From Provencibacterium sp. (GTDB lineage: Bacteria; Bacillota; Clostridia; Oscillospirales; Ruminococcaceae): a stretch of DNA of 64,000 bases. Positions 49,503-59,548 of this stretch are shown here, piece after piece. The stretch lies in contig JAAWDS010000040.1 of assembly GCA_022793895.1 (NCBI GenBank), positions 442 through 64,441 on the forward strand, given 5' to 3'. Positions within the stretch are counted from its first letter, which is position 1, and every line of letters begins with the position of its first letter. The notes under the pieces are model-generated. The model searched no databases and was not told the DNA's origin. It saw only the letters and a list, made by a program, of their open reading frames with translations. Both the position numbers and the translations under genes were made by a program.

Positions 49503-50831
49503 CTATGCGGCGGCGGACGAAGCCGCAGTCTCTTCTTCCGGCCCGGAGAGCGCTTCTCTCATCCCTTCGGCCCATTCTCCGGCGGTCAGGTCTCCGTTTA
49601 AAAGTTCGCTCAACGAGAGGTAGAATTGGTTGAACAGCTCGGTCTCCTCCTCGCCCTTGGCAAAACTGCCGCAGTAGGCGGTGGCGCCGTTTTCTAAGAG
49701 CGCCGCCGCCTGTCCGGCATAGCCCTCCAAATGGGAGGCCGATCCCTTCAGCGGCGGAAGGAAGCCGAGCTTATCCGCCATTTCGCCAAGCTGGCTTTCT
49801 CCCAGCGCTAGGCTCACCCATCGCATCGCCGCCTCTGGGTTCTGCGCGGCGGCAGGCAGATAGAGGAAGCTCGTCGGCGCGCAGAGCAGGTAAGGCGCTT
49901 CTTCGGTGGGGGCTGCCGCTAACAGGATGGGGGAATCTACCGCATATTCTGTTCGCAGCAGATCCATGGCGGCCTCGTCGCCAGGCATGAAAAGGAGCTT
50001 GTTCTCTGCAAAGGCGGTGTAGACCGTTTCTAAATCCGCCTGCGGGGCGGCTGTGTAAAGGCAGGGGGCAAGTCCGGCCAGCTTTTCCGCCGCCGTTTGC
50101 AACGAGCCGTTTGTCTCCCCGGAGGCTAGGTCCTCCTCGGTCCAATCGGCGGCCGAGAGCCGGAGCTTCCCGCCGCTGACCGCGAAATAGGGGAGGGCGA
50201 ACGGCTCCAGGCAGGCCGGGAAGTCCTGCGGATAACCGAACAGCGCCGGGCTATCCTCTTTATCCAGAGCCAGCAGCGCTTCTAGGTTCGCCGGCAGCCC
50301 CGCCTCTGGAAGATTTTCCTGCTTTATCAACAGGCCGGCCGTTTCATAGGTCATCGGCAGGCCGACGGTTTTTCCCTCGTGAACCGCTTCGGGCGCGGAG
50401 AGCATCCCATCATAGAAGGGCAGCAGACCGCCCGTCCATAGCGAGCTTGCCGCCCTTGCTTCCTCAGAAACCAGGGAATCCAACGCGTAGAGCGCGCCAT
50501 CCTCTTTCAGCGCCCGGTAGATCCCGCGATCGTTTTCGGGAGAGAGCCAAACGGCGTCGGGCGCGGCGCCGGACAACAAAAGACTCCGCAGCTCTTCCGC
50601 GGCGTTTTCCCCCGCGGCGATGAGGGAAGGAGCGAGGCTGTCATCCTCCTGGCGCAGTTTTTCAGCGGCTGAGGCAAAGTAACCGCTGGGATCGTCGGTA
50701 AAGAAGGTGACGGCGGCGCGTTCAATAGGTTTCTCTTCTACAATTGTTTCAGGCTCCTGGTTGCGGGTGCTTGCACACCCGGCCAGCAGCAGAAAGGCGG
50801 CCAGCAGGCAGGGCAGACGTTTCAGGTTCAC
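49503..50831 (-). CDS. Extracellular solute-binding lipoprotein (ABC transporter family 1-like), no cognate permease adjacent
   Basis: Signal peptide with lipobox LLLAGC. 442 aa, Ala-rich periplasmic-binding-protein-like sequence. The specific family was not recognised. Confidence 0.65.
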   Translation of the reverse strand: MNLKRLPCLLAAFLLLAGCASTRNQEPETIVEEKPIERAAVTFFTDDPSGYFASAAEKLRQEDDSLAPSLIAAGENAAEELRSLLLSGAAPDAVWLSPENDRGIYRALKEDGALYALDSLVSEEARAASSLWTGGLLPFYDGMLSAPEAVHEGKTVGLPMTYETAGLLIKQENLPEAGLPANLEALLALDKEDSPALFGYPQDFPACLEPFALPYFAVSGGKLRLSAADWTEEDLASGETNGSLQTAAEKLAGLAPCLYTAAPQADLETVYTAFAENKLLFMPGDEAAMDLLRTEYAVDSPILLAAAPTEEAPYLLCAPTSFLYLPAAAQNPEAAMRWVSLALGESQLGEMADKLGFLPPLKGSASHLEGYAGQAAALLENGATAYCGSFAKGEEETELFNQFYLSLSELLNGDLTAGEWAEGMREALSGPEEETAASSAAA

Positions 50832-50864
50832 AGCGATTCACAGCTCCTTATCGTGGGGAAGGGC

Positions 50865-51431
50865 TTAACGCCCGGCTTCCCCCTTTTTTAACATAAAAAA
50901 GACGGGGATATACATCAGCAAAGCAAAAACGGACAAGAGGAGATTGATAAGAACAATCCCGTCCACCACCTGCGGCGGCAGGCGGGGGAAGAGCACCACC
51001 AGAATCATGGATATATAAAAGAAGCAGGTTGCGATTTTTCCAAACCATTTCGCGCTGCCGGGGTGGATATGCCGCCGCAGCAGCAGCAAACCGCCGGTGA
51101 GCATGAGCAGCTCCTTGAGCGCGAAGATGAGGAACAGAAAGATAAAGTGGGGATGGCGCAGCGTCAAACAAACGAGGATGGCTAGCTGCGTGAGCTTATC
51201 GGCAACCGGATCGAGGATTTTACCCAGGTCGGTAATCTGGTTGAAGCGGCGCGCAATCAGCCCGTCGAGCATGTCGGTCAATCCGGAGGCAATCAGCAGC
51301 GCTGAGGAGAGAAGATAGCTTCCTCCGGGTCCGGTTTCCAGGTATGTCCAAATAAAAAGGGGAATAATAGCGATTCTTGCCATTGACAGCAGATTGGGAA
51401 TGGAGAAGAGCTGTCCGGGAACATTTCGCAT
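50865..51431 (-). CDS. pgsA: CDP-alcohol phosphatidyltransferase (PgsA-like)
   Basis: IPNLLSMARI...the motif DMLDGLIARRFNQITDLGKILDPVADK (DGxxARxxxxxxxxGxxxDxxxD). Confidence 0.88.
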   Translation of the reverse strand: MRNVPGQLFSIPNLLSMARIAIIPLFIWTYLETGPGGSYLLSSALLIASGLTDMLDGLIARRFNQITDLGKILDPVADKLTQLAILVCLTLRHPHFIFLFLIFALKELLMLTGGLLLLRRHIHPGSAKWFGKIATCFFYISMILVVLFPRLPPQVVDGIVLINLLLSVFALLMYIPVFFMLKKGEAGR

Positions 51432-51692
51432 GTTGATACTTTCCTTTCCAGGGTGTCGGGAGGGGGGACCGCGCCAAAAAGGCCCCGCCCTGGGGCGCCT
51501 CCATTCTAGCATATTTCGCAGCGGCGCGCAACCGGAATCCCGCCGCTTCTTTTAGAGATGCCCGGCTCCTTTTGAACCCGGCGGAAGAGATTATTTTCAT
51601 TATATTCACAAATTAAGGAGGAAAAAAGTCTATACTAAACCTGTATACACCAAAAAAAGTGAACGATAGGCTGGATTTCCCTGCAAAAAGCC

Positions 51693-51721
51693 TTGAAAAG
51701 CGTCCGCTTTTTTTGTAGAAT
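51693..51721 (+). promoter_or_regulatory. Candidate promoter of the PucR-family regulator gene
   Basis: TTGAAA, 17 nt, TGTAGAAT (extended -10). Confidence 0.55.
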
Positions 51722-51811
51722 AAAGTGAAGAATCCTTCTGCGGAAAGAGGATGTCCGGTTATTGTCCTGCAATGAGCGATGAAATAAACGACCGTGTAAA
51801 GGGGTATTGCT

Positions 51812-52897
51812 ATGTCAAACAGACTGTTTCAAGGGATCATGCACCAAATGCGGGAAACCATCGACCGCACGATTGGCGTGGTGGATGAAACGGCGGCCGT
51901 TATCTCCTGTAGCGAGCCGCAGCGGATCGGCGAGGTAAACGAATATCTGCTGCCCGATCTCAGCGAAAACGGCGATCTCTTTGTCCGCGACGGCTATACC
52001 TATAAGCCGCTTTCCAGCAAAGGGAAGCCGGATTATACCGTTTTTGTCGAAGGCGTGGACGAAATGGCGTCCAAATACTGCCAGATCCTGGCCATTACCC
52101 TTTCGAGCCTGAAACAATATTATGATGAAAAGTACGACCGCAGCAACTTCATTAAAAACGTCATCCTGGATAACATCCTTCCGGGGGATATCTATGTGAA
52201 GGCCCGCGAGCTGCACTTTAATACCGACGTCAGTTGGGTGATCCTGCTCGTCCGGGTGCTCTCCACTAATGATATCTCGGCTTATGATGTGATTCAAAAC
52301 CTCTTCCCGGACAAGCAGAAGGACTTCGTTTTCAACATCAGCGAGTCGGACATTGTGCTTGTGAAGGAGATTAAAACCGGCATTGAGTCGAAGGACCTGG
52401 AAAAGCTGGCCCGCTCGATCGTGGACACGCTCGGCAGCGAGTTTTACACCAAGGTGGTCTGCGGCATCGGTACGCCGGTCGTCGGCGTGAAGGATCTGGC
52501 CCGTTCCTTTAAAGAGGCGCAGGTCGCCTTGGAGGTCGGGAAGGTGTTCGATACCGAAAAGACGATCGTGAACTACGACAACCTGGGCATTGCGCGGCTC
52601 ATTTACCAGCTCCCCACCACCCTTTGCGAGATGTTCTTAAAGGAAGTCTTTAAGAAGGGATCCATCGAGAGCTTGGATCATGAAACGCTTTTCACCATTC
52701 AGCGTTTCTTTGAAAACAACCTCAATGTTTCGGAGACCTCGCGCAAGCTGTTTGTGCACCGCAACACGCTGGTCTACCGCCTGGAAAAGATTAAAAAGCT
52801 CACCGGGCTGGATCTGCGTGAGTTCGATCATGCCATTATCTTCAAGGTCGCGTTGATGGTGAAGAAGTATCTGACGGCCAACCCGGTCAAATACTGA
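51812..52897 (+). CDS. PucR/CdaR family transcriptional regulator
   Basis: C-terminal PucR HTH: NVSETSRKLFVHRNTLVYRLEKIKKLTGLDLREF. Confidence 0.82.
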   Translation: MSNRLFQGIMHQMRETIDRTIGVVDETAAVISCSEPQRIGEVNEYLLPDLSENGDLFVRDGYTYKPLSSKGKPDYTVFVEGVDEMASKYCQILAITLSSLKQYYDEKYDRSNFIKNVILDNILPGDIYVKARELHFNTDVSWVILLVRVLSTNDISAYDVIQNLFPDKQKDFVFNISESDIVLVKEIKTGIESKDLEKLARSIVDTLGSEFYTKVVCGIGTPVVGVKDLARSFKEAQVALEVGKVFDTEKTIVNYDNLGIARLIYQLPTTLCEMFLKEVFKKGSIESLDHETLFTIQRFFENNLNVSETSRKLFVHRNTLVYRLEKIKKLTGLDLREFDHAIIFKVALMVKKYLTANPVKY

Positions 52898-53075
52898 GGC
52901 GCGCAGCGGCAACAGGACAGAAAAAAGAGGCTTCATGCACCGCCGGACGAGCCCTACCCATTCCGGCGGGCATGGAGCTTTTCATGTGACACAGCGAAAA
53001 ATGTCGGGTCTAAAAGGGGAGGAGGGTCGTTTCCTCCCGATACCACCAGAATAAGGCGGGGTTTATCAGCAGATT

Positions 53076-53753
53076 ATGATTAATTTTACGGATGTAAAAA
53101 AAGTTTATCCCAGTGGGACGCATGCGCTCAACGGCATCACCATGCACATCGGCAAGGGGGAGTTCGTCTTTATCGTCGGCGCGTCGGGCGCGGGAAAGAG
53201 CACGCTGATTAAAATGCTTCTGCGCGAGGAGGTCCCTTCCAGCGGGCTTGTGGAGGTCAACGGCGTCAACCTCAATAAGATGAAACGCAGGCAGATCCCT
53301 TATTTCAGGCGATCTCTCGGCGTGGTTTTTCAGGATTTCCGTTTGATACCCACCATGTCGGTCTATGAAAACGTCGCCTTTGCGCTGCGGGTCACGAATG
53401 TGGCCGGGCGGGATATCAAACGGCGGGTACCCTACATACTCAGCTTGGTCGGTCTGGTACACAAGGCCAGAGCGATGCCCGAACAGCTTTCAGGCGGCGA
53501 GCAGCAGCGCGTGGCGCTCGCCCGCGCGTTGGTGAACAACCCTTCGCTGATCATTGCCGACGAACCGACGGGGAACATCGACCCGGAGCTCTCCTTTGAA
53601 ATCGTCGATCTTCTCAGCGAGATCAACAAGGTGGGCACAACCGTCGTGATGGTGACGCACGAGCATGATTTGGTCGCCCAGTTCCAGCGCCGGGTCATTA
53701 CCATTGAAGCCGGCCGCGTCCTTTCCGACACTGCCGCGATGGGGGTGTTTTAA
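53076..53753 (+). CDS. ftsE: Cell division ATP-binding protein FtsE
   Basis: GASGAGKSTL, LSGGEQQRVALARAL, IIADEPTGNID. Followed immediately by ftsX. Confidence 0.92.
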   Translation: MINFTDVKKVYPSGTHALNGITMHIGKGEFVFIVGASGAGKSTLIKMLLREEVPSSGLVEVNGVNLNKMKRRQIPYFRRSLGVVFQDFRLIPTMSVYENVAFALRVTNVAGRDIKRRVPYILSLVGLVHKARAMPEQLSGGEQQRVALARALVNNPSLIIADEPTGNIDPELSFEIVDLLSEINKVGTTVVMVTHEHDLVAQFQRRVITIEAGRVLSDTAAMGVF

Positions 53754-54659
53754 ATGAGGGGAAGCAGTTTCGGTTATCTCATCCGTGTCGGCATCAAAAG
53801 CGTTTTTAAAAACCGGCTGATGTCCTTCGCCGCCATCGGCGTGTTGGTGGCCTGCCTGCTGCTGATTGGGATGGCGGGCCTTCTCTCGCTCAATGTCAAC
53901 AGCATCATCGGCTATTTGGAGGATCAGAACGAGGTTATTGTCTTCGTACAGGATGGGGCGAGCGGGCAGGACATTGAAAATCTGGATTTGGATCTGCATT
54001 CGGTGGACAACATTATTGAGGTTACGCTTATCCCCAAGGAGGAGACGCTGGAGAGCTACAAGGAACGGCTGGGGGAGGATGGCGGCCTGCTGGATTATTT
54101 TGACGACGACATCCCCTTTCCGGACGCTTTTCAGGTCCGGGTAGACAGTCTGGCGCGGCTGGACGATACCATCCAGACCATCAGCGGGCTGGACAACGTT
54201 CTAAAGGTCAATGCGCCCACCGATATCGCGGCAACAATCGTATCGATTCAGCAGGCGGTTTATATCGGCGGGGCAAGCATTGTGATCATTCTGGCGGTGG
54301 TCGCGCTGATCATCATTGCCAACACCATCAAGATTACCGTTTTCAACCGCCGCAAGGAGATCAACATCATGAAATTTGTCGGCGCGACCGATACCTTCAT
54401 CCGCCTCCCCTTTATCGTGGAGGGCATGATGCTCGGACTGCTCTCGGCCACCATCGCCTTTTTCATCCTTTGGGGCGGCTATGAGTATCTCTTGAGCTGG
54501 ATGATCGGCAGCCAGTCCTCTCTTTTCACCATGTTCCGCGAGCAGGTGATCCCTTTTATGGATATCGCGGTTCTGCTGTTCGGCTCCTTTGCCGGAGCGG
54601 GGATCTTCATCGGCGTAGGCGGAAGCATGATTTTTGTCCGGAAGTATCTCAAGGTTTGA
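53754..54659 (+). CDS. ftsX: Cell division permease-like protein FtsX
   Basis: N-terminal TM, an extracellular domain, then three C-terminal TMs with the RRKEINIMKFVGAT motif. Confidence 0.9.
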   Translation: MRGSSFGYLIRVGIKSVFKNRLMSFAAIGVLVACLLLIGMAGLLSLNVNSIIGYLEDQNEVIVFVQDGASGQDIENLDLDLHSVDNIIEVTLIPKEETLESYKERLGEDGGLLDYFDDDIPFPDAFQVRVDSLARLDDTIQTISGLDNVLKVNAPTDIAATIVSIQQAVYIGGASIVIILAVVALIIIANTIKITVFNRRKEINIMKFVGATDTFIRLPFIVEGMMLGLLSATIAFFILWGGYEYLLSWMIGSQSSLFTMFREQVIPFMDIAVLLFGSFAGAGIFIGVGGSMIFVRKYLKV

Positions 54660-54731
54660 AATTTGAAAGAGGTAGTATAGAGGAAGGATTATCCGGCGCA
54701 ACTTTAACGGAAAGCAGGTGGACCCTCTAGG

Positions 54732-55919
54732 ATGGGAAAAAAGCGCAAAGGCAGGCGGACGGCCCTTTTACTGGCCCTCTTGCTGTCGCTTGGGACCTGG
54801 ACGCCGGTCCGGGCGAATGAAGCGGACGACATCAAATCTAAAATCGAGGATCTCAACGATCAGTTGGAGGATATTGCCGCGCAGAAGAAGGCGGTGCAAT
54901 CCAAGATAGCCAACACGCGCAGCGACAAGGAAAAGAAGCTCTTAGAAAAGACCGAATGGGAGACGCAGATCCAGTTGACCCGCGACGAAATCGCCGCATT
55001 GGATGAGCGTATTGCTCTGTTGGAAGAGGCTATCAAGGTCAAAGAGGGAGAGATAGGCGACAAGCAGGCGGATATTGAAGAGAATTATGCGCTCTACCGC
55101 GAGCGGATACGCGCCATGTATTTAGCGGGGGAATCCTCCACCCTTTCCATGGTGCTGGGGGCGAGCGATTTCACCGATTTTCTTATGCGCACCGAGGTGG
55201 TCCGCTCCACCGCCCAACACGATCGGGATCTGCTGGAGAGGCTGAAGAACGACCGGCTGGAGCTGGAAGAAGCGCAGCAGGAGCTGGAGGAGAACAAGAG
55301 CCAGGTGAAGGCGGATCGCAGCGCCACCGAAGAAAAAAAGGCGCAGCTGGAGGATGAGCTGGATGCGGTGCAGGATGAAATCCAGGATATCGCCCTGCTC
55401 GAACAGGCGTATTTGGCCGATGCGGCGAAATATAACAAGATGGAAGCAGAAGCGCAGGCGGCGCTCGATGCGTTTTATGCCCAGCTTGAAACGACCACCG
55501 AATATGTCGGCGGCGAGATGAGCTGGCCGGTGCCCGGCTTCTCCACCATCAGCTCCAGCTATGGCTGGCGCTTTAACAACACCAATTTCCATACCGGTAT
55601 TGACATTGCCAGCACCCCTGGCCGCGGCGGGATCTATGGCGCGAGCATTAAAGCGGCGAATACCGGAAAAATTGTGCTTGCCCAGGGCGGCAACAGTTCG
55701 AGCGGTTATGGCAACTATGTGATCGTCGATCACGGCGGCGGCCGCACCACCCTCTATGGGCACATGAGCTCGATCTCGGTCAGCGTTGGCCAGACGGTGG
55801 CGCGCGGCGAGGAGATCGGCAAGGTCGGCTCTACCGGCTGGGCCACCGGCCCGCACCTGCACTTTGAGGTGCGCATCGACGGCAAGCATGCCAACCCTAT
55901 TTCTTATTTGCAGGGATGA
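54732..55919 (+). CDS. Coiled-coil M23 peptidoglycan hydrolase / murein hydrolase activator (EnvC/PcsB-like)
   Basis: Signal peptide, a long coiled coil, and a C-terminal M23 domain (HTGIDIA...GNYVIVDHGGG..TLYGHMS...GSTGWATGPHLHFEV). Located downstream of ftsEX. Confidence 0.88.
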   Translation: MGKKRKGRRTALLLALLLSLGTWTPVRANEADDIKSKIEDLNDQLEDIAAQKKAVQSKIANTRSDKEKKLLEKTEWETQIQLTRDEIAALDERIALLEEAIKVKEGEIGDKQADIEENYALYRERIRAMYLAGESSTLSMVLGASDFTDFLMRTEVVRSTAQHDRDLLERLKNDRLELEEAQQELEENKSQVKADRSATEEKKAQLEDELDAVQDEIQDIALLEQAYLADAAKYNKMEAEAQAALDAFYAQLETTTEYVGGEMSWPVPGFSTISSSYGWRFNNTNFHTGIDIASTPGRGGIYGASIKAANTGKIVLAQGGNSSSGYGNYVIVDHGGGRTTLYGHMSSISVSVGQTVARGEEIGKVGSTGWATGPHLHFEVRIDGKHANPISYLQG

Positions 55920-55996
55920 CGCGCCGTTTATCCCGCCCCTTGCGGGAAAAGAGGGGCCTATCCGCTAAAAAAGGGATAAAAGTTTGAAAATTGCTT

Positions 55997-56235
55997 GCAA
56001 TTCCAGAATCCTTGTGCTAAACTAATTTGGTATGGAATTCCGTCGTTTTCCGGCGTGAAGCTGGAGGGATACGACGGGGGTTCATGCCTTGCCAGAGAAC
56101 GGCATGACATGAAAGCGGATGGTCCTCTGCCGCCGGTGCGCGGGCCTCTTTGCAGGCCGGTGAATGCGCGCCTTGTCCGAACCGGACAATGTGGCGGGAA
56201 TGAACGTCTGAAAACAGAAGGAGGAGCTATTTCCA
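55997..56235 (+). promoter_or_regulatory. Candidate promoter (TTGCAA-17-TAAACT) and roughly 200-nt GC-rich leader upstream of rplS
   Basis: Promoter hexamers at about 55997-56025, with a long untranslated GC-rich stretch before the rplS SD (GAAGGAGGAG). A ribosomal-protein autoregulatory leader is plausible but was not matched to a known model by eye. Confidence 0.35.
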
Positions 56236-56580
56236 ATGAATGCACTGGAAACCATTGCACAGTCGAGTATGAAGCAGGAGACGCCGAAGTTCGAGATCGG
56301 CGACACCGTTCGCGTGAGCGTCAAGATCAAAGAGGGCGAGCGCGAAAGAATCCAGATGTTTGAGGGTACGGTCATCGCGAAAAAGCATGGCGGTATTGCC
56401 GAGACCTTTACCGTCCGCCGGGTGGCGCACGGCTGCGGCGTTGAGAGGGTGTTCCCGCTCCATTCTCCGCATGTTGAGAAGGTGGAGGTTGTCCGCCGCG
56501 GCAAGGTGCGCAGGAGCAAGCTCTATTATCTGCGCGGCAAGGTCGGCAAGGCGGCCAAGGTCAAGAGCCATATCCAGTAA
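56236..56580 (+). CDS. rplS: 50S ribosomal protein L19
   Basis: [43 protein letters not shown]....[31 protein letters not shown]. Confidence 0.96.
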   Translation: MNALETIAQSSMKQETPKFEIGDTVRVSVKIKEGERERIQMFEGTVIAKKHGGIAETFTVRRVAHGCGVERVFPLHSPHVEKVEVVRRGKVRRSKLYYLRGKVGKAAKVKSHIQ

Positions 56581-56596
56581 ACTGCGGCGCAGGCTG

Positions 56597-56634
56597 GGAC
56601 GCGGAGAAAATTCTCTCCGCGTCCTGTTTCATTT
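56597..56634 (+). terminator. Rho-independent terminator after rplS
   Basis: ggacgcggaga/tctccgcgtcc stem followed by tgtttcattt. Confidence 0.75.
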
Positions 56635-56782
56635 CTCCCCCCGCATGCCGGGGGACCGAAAAATATCGGCTTTCGGCGTCCCTTTTTCGGCTGGACGCGC
56701 GCTGGAAAAGCGATTATAATAAATGAAAAACGAATCAATCCACCGGCGGCAGGCCGGCGGAGCGGAGGGAGTATTGGGAGAT

Positions 56783-57346
56783 ATGCGGGAAGGATCGTTT
56801 TCGCATAAGCAGGAGCCGGGGGCGGCGGCCGTTATTTTTGAATATCTGGAGACGCTCATAACGGCGGCGATCGTTGTGGTGCTGCTGTGTACCTTTGCCA
56901 TCCGCATGGTGCGGGTGGACGGCCTGTCGATGGCCCCGACCTTGGATCACGGCGATTTTTTGATCTCCTCCCATGCCTTCTATCAACCGAAACACGGGGA
57001 TATCGTTGTGATTACCCAGCCCAATGAAATCAGCACCCCGCTCATCAAACGGGTGATCGGCCTTGGCGGCGATGTCATCGACATTGATTTTGAAGAGGGT
57101 GTGGTTTACCGCAACGGGGAGGCGCTCGAAGAGCCCTACACCAGCGAGCCGACCTTCTACCAGCCCTCCGCCGCGCTGGAGTATCCCCTGACGGTGCCGC
57201 CGGGGGAGGTCTTTGCGATGGGGGATAACCGCAACAACTCTTCGGACAGCCGGGACGCCCGTATCGGGCTTGTCGATGAGCGGTACATCATGGGAAAGGC
57301 TTTTTTCCGTCTGTTCCCGCTGGGGGATTTCGGAATCGTAAGCTAG
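56783..57346 (+). CDS. lepB: Signal peptidase I
   Basis: TM anchor, then VDGLSMAPTL (catalytic Ser), IKRVIGLGGD (catalytic Lys) and GDNRNNSSDSR. An alternative upstream start lies at 56723. Confidence 0.9.
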   Translation: MREGSFSHKQEPGAAAVIFEYLETLITAAIVVVLLCTFAIRMVRVDGLSMAPTLDHGDFLISSHAFYQPKHGDIVVITQPNEISTPLIKRVIGLGGDVIDIDFEEGVVYRNGEALEEPYTSEPTFYQPSAALEYPLTVPPGEVFAMGDNRNNSSDSRDARIGLVDERYIMGKAFFRLFPLGDFGIVS

Positions 57347-57411
57347 AACCGGCGGGTAGGCCGGAGGCGGGGGAAAGCCCGCTGCTTTTTATCGAAACTG
57401 AGGAAAGAAGG

Positions 57412-58293
57412 ATGAACATGGCGGAAAATTCCCTGTCGATCCAATGGTTTCCCGGCCACATGGCGAAAACCCGGCGGATGATTGCCGATAGCCTCAAGCT
57501 GACCGACGCCGTGGTTGAATTGTTGGATGCGCGCATCCCGGCCGCGAGCGCCAACCCGGAGCTGGCGCGGCTTTTGGGCCGCAAGCCGCGCATTGTGCTG
57601 CTCAACAAGGCGGATAGCGCCGACCCGGAGGTAACGAAAGCCTGGTTGCGCACCTTTGAAAAGAAAGGAATCACGGCCCTTGCCGTCGATTGCCGCAGCG
57701 GGAAGGGGCTCGATCGTTTCCGTCCTGCCGTGCGCAAAACCCTTTCGGCGCTTTTGGAGCGCCGGAGCGCGCGCGGCATGGTGGGCGGCGGCCTGCGGCT
57801 GATGGTGGTGGGGATACCGAATGTTGGGAAATCCTCCTTCATCAACCGGCTGGCGGGCTCCCGCCGCGCAAAGGTGGAGGACCGGCCGGGCGTTACGCGC
57901 GGCCGCCAGTGGGTGGCGTTGGGGGACGGTATGGAGCTGTTGGATACGCCCGGCGTTCTTTGGCCGAAGTTTGAAGATCAGCAGGTGGCGGAGCGCCTGG
58001 CCTTTATCGGTTCGGTGAAGGATGACGTGCTGGACCTGGAGGCGCTTTCCGCCCGCCTGCTCGCGCTGCTTGCGAAGGACTATCCGCAGCAGCTTGCGGC
58101 GCGCTACCGCCTGGATCCGGAAAAAATGGTGGGGGCGGACGGCTATGGACTCTTGGAGCAGGTGGCGCGCGCACGGGGCATGCTTTTGCCGGGCGGGGTG
58201 CTCAACACCGAGCGGGCTTCGATAACGGTGCTGGATGAGTTCCGGGGCGGAAGCCTTGGAAGGATCAGCTTAGAAAAACCGAAGGCTCTGTAA
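57412..58293 (+). CDS. rbgA: Ribosome biogenesis GTPase A (YlqF/RbgA)
   Basis: IQWFPGHMAKT..., a circularly permuted GTPase with NKADS before the P-loop GIPNVGKSSFIN and DTPG. Confidence 0.92.
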   Translation: MNMAENSLSIQWFPGHMAKTRRMIADSLKLTDAVVELLDARIPAASANPELARLLGRKPRIVLLNKADSADPEVTKAWLRTFEKKGITALAVDCRSGKGLDRFRPAVRKTLSALLERRSARGMVGGGLRLMVVGIPNVGKSSFINRLAGSRRAKVEDRPGVTRGRQWVALGDGMELLDTPGVLWPKFEDQQVAERLAFIGSVKDDVLDLEALSARLLALLAKDYPQQLAARYRLDPEKMVGADGYGLLEQVARARGMLLPGGVLNTERASITVLDEFRGGSLGRISLEKPKAL

Positions 58294-58322
58294 AGGATAC
58301 GGAGTAGCCTTTACAGAGCCTT
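58282..58322. terminator. 15-bp-stem perfect hairpin spanning the rbgA stop codon
   Basis: aaggctctgtaaagg-atacggagtag-cctttacagagcctt. Confidence 0.6.
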
Positions 58323-58377
58323 CGGAAAAAGCGCTTTCGAGGCGGAGATTGTGCCCCGCATTTCGCGCTTTTTCTGG

Positions 58378-58396
58378 TTTCTGCAAGCCGGAGGAT
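58378..58396 (+). repeat. Dispersed intergenic repeat, copy 3 (19-nt core only)
   Basis: tttctgcaagccggaggat is identical to 9789-9807 and 24187-24205. Confidence 0.9.
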
Positions 58397-58502
58397 ATGT
58401 TTTTTATAGGACGCCTTACCGCTGCATGTGCGGCGGGGATTCAAAGGAGAATGGACGGCGGGCCGCCGGTGCGGCCGGTAAACAGAGTAGGAGGGCGGGC
58501 AT

Positions 58503-59156
58503 ATGGCGCAGGCCGCTGCGAAGAAGAAACGGGAACCGGTGGATCTCTACCGGTTTGAAGAAGAGGCCTACCGCGACGGCTTTCAGTTGGTGTGCGGGGT
58601 CGATGAGGCGGGCCGCGGCCCGCTGGCAGGCCCGGTCTGCGCAGGGGCGGTGATCCTGGCGCGGGAGGTGCGCATCGAAGGGCTCAACGACTCGAAAAAG
58701 CTGACCCAGAAAAAGCGCGAGGCGCTCTATGAAGAGATCGTGGCGCGGGCGGCGAGCTGGTCGGTCGCCTATGCCACCAACGAGGAGATCGATCGCTACA
58801 ACATTTTGCAGGCTACCTTTTTGGCGATGCGCCGCGCTGTAGAGGGCTTACGCATCCCTCCCGATCTGGTGCTGGTCGATGGAAACCGGGATCCCGGTCT
58901 TTCCTGCGAGCACACCGTCACCATCGTTCATGGCGATGCGCTCTCTGCGAGTATAGCGGCGGCCTCGATTCTGGCGAAGGTCAGCCGGGATCGGGTGATG
59001 GAAAAGCTGGCCGGGGAATACCCGCAGTATGAGCTGGAGATACACAAAGGCTATCCCACCAAAAAACACTATGAGCGGCTGCGTGAGTTCGGCGTTTCCC
59101 CCATTCACCGGCACAGCTTTTTGAAGAAGTTTTTCCAGGATGCGCGCGCAAAGTAA
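58503..59156 (+). CDS. rnhB: Ribonuclease HII
   Basis: CGVDEAGRGPLAGPV...DSKKL...VDG...SIAAASILAKV.RD...GYP. Confidence 0.92.
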   Translation: MAQAAAKKKREPVDLYRFEEEAYRDGFQLVCGVDEAGRGPLAGPVCAGAVILAREVRIEGLNDSKKLTQKKREALYEEIVARAASWSVAYATNEEIDRYNILQATFLAMRRAVEGLRIPPDLVLVDGNRDPGLSCEHTVTIVHGDALSASIAAASILAKVSRDRVMEKLAGEYPQYELEIHKGYPTKKHYERLREFGVSPIHRHSFLKKFFQDARAK

Positions 59157-59526
59157 CCCGCGGGGCCGCTGCGGCGAAGACTACGCGGCCCGGTGGCTGG
59201 AGAGACAGGGCTGCCGGGTGCTGGAGAGAAATTGGCGCTGCCCGGAGGGCGAGGTGGATATCATTGTCCTATCGGGGGAGCTCATCTGCTTTGTTGAAGT
59301 AAAAACCCGCCTTCCGGACAGCTATGGCCCGCCGCCGGAGGCGGTGGACCGGCGCAAGCGCCGCCGGCTGGCCCGGTGTGCGGAGCGCTACCTGTTTCTG
59401 CATCCGGACTGCGGCGCGTTCCAGCCGCGCTTCGATGTGGCCGGGGTTCTGCTTGGGGCGGGGGAGAATCCTCCGATTCTCTCGTTCTCCTACCTGCCCG
59501 GCGCTTTTACCTGCGACGACCTATAA
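59140..59526 (+). CDS. YraN family (UPF0102) endonuclease-like protein
   Basis: GEDYAARWLERQGCRVLERNWRCPEGEVDIIV...CFVEVKTR...FDV. Conserved position after rnhB. Confidence 0.85.
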   Translation: MRAQSNPRGRCGEDYAARWLERQGCRVLERNWRCPEGEVDIIVLSGELICFVEVKTRLPDSYGPPPEAVDRRKRRRLARCAERYLFLHPDCGAFQPRFDVAGVLLGAGENPPILSFSYLPGAFTCDDL

Positions 59527-59548
59527 ATACCGGAAAGGGGGATGCTCG

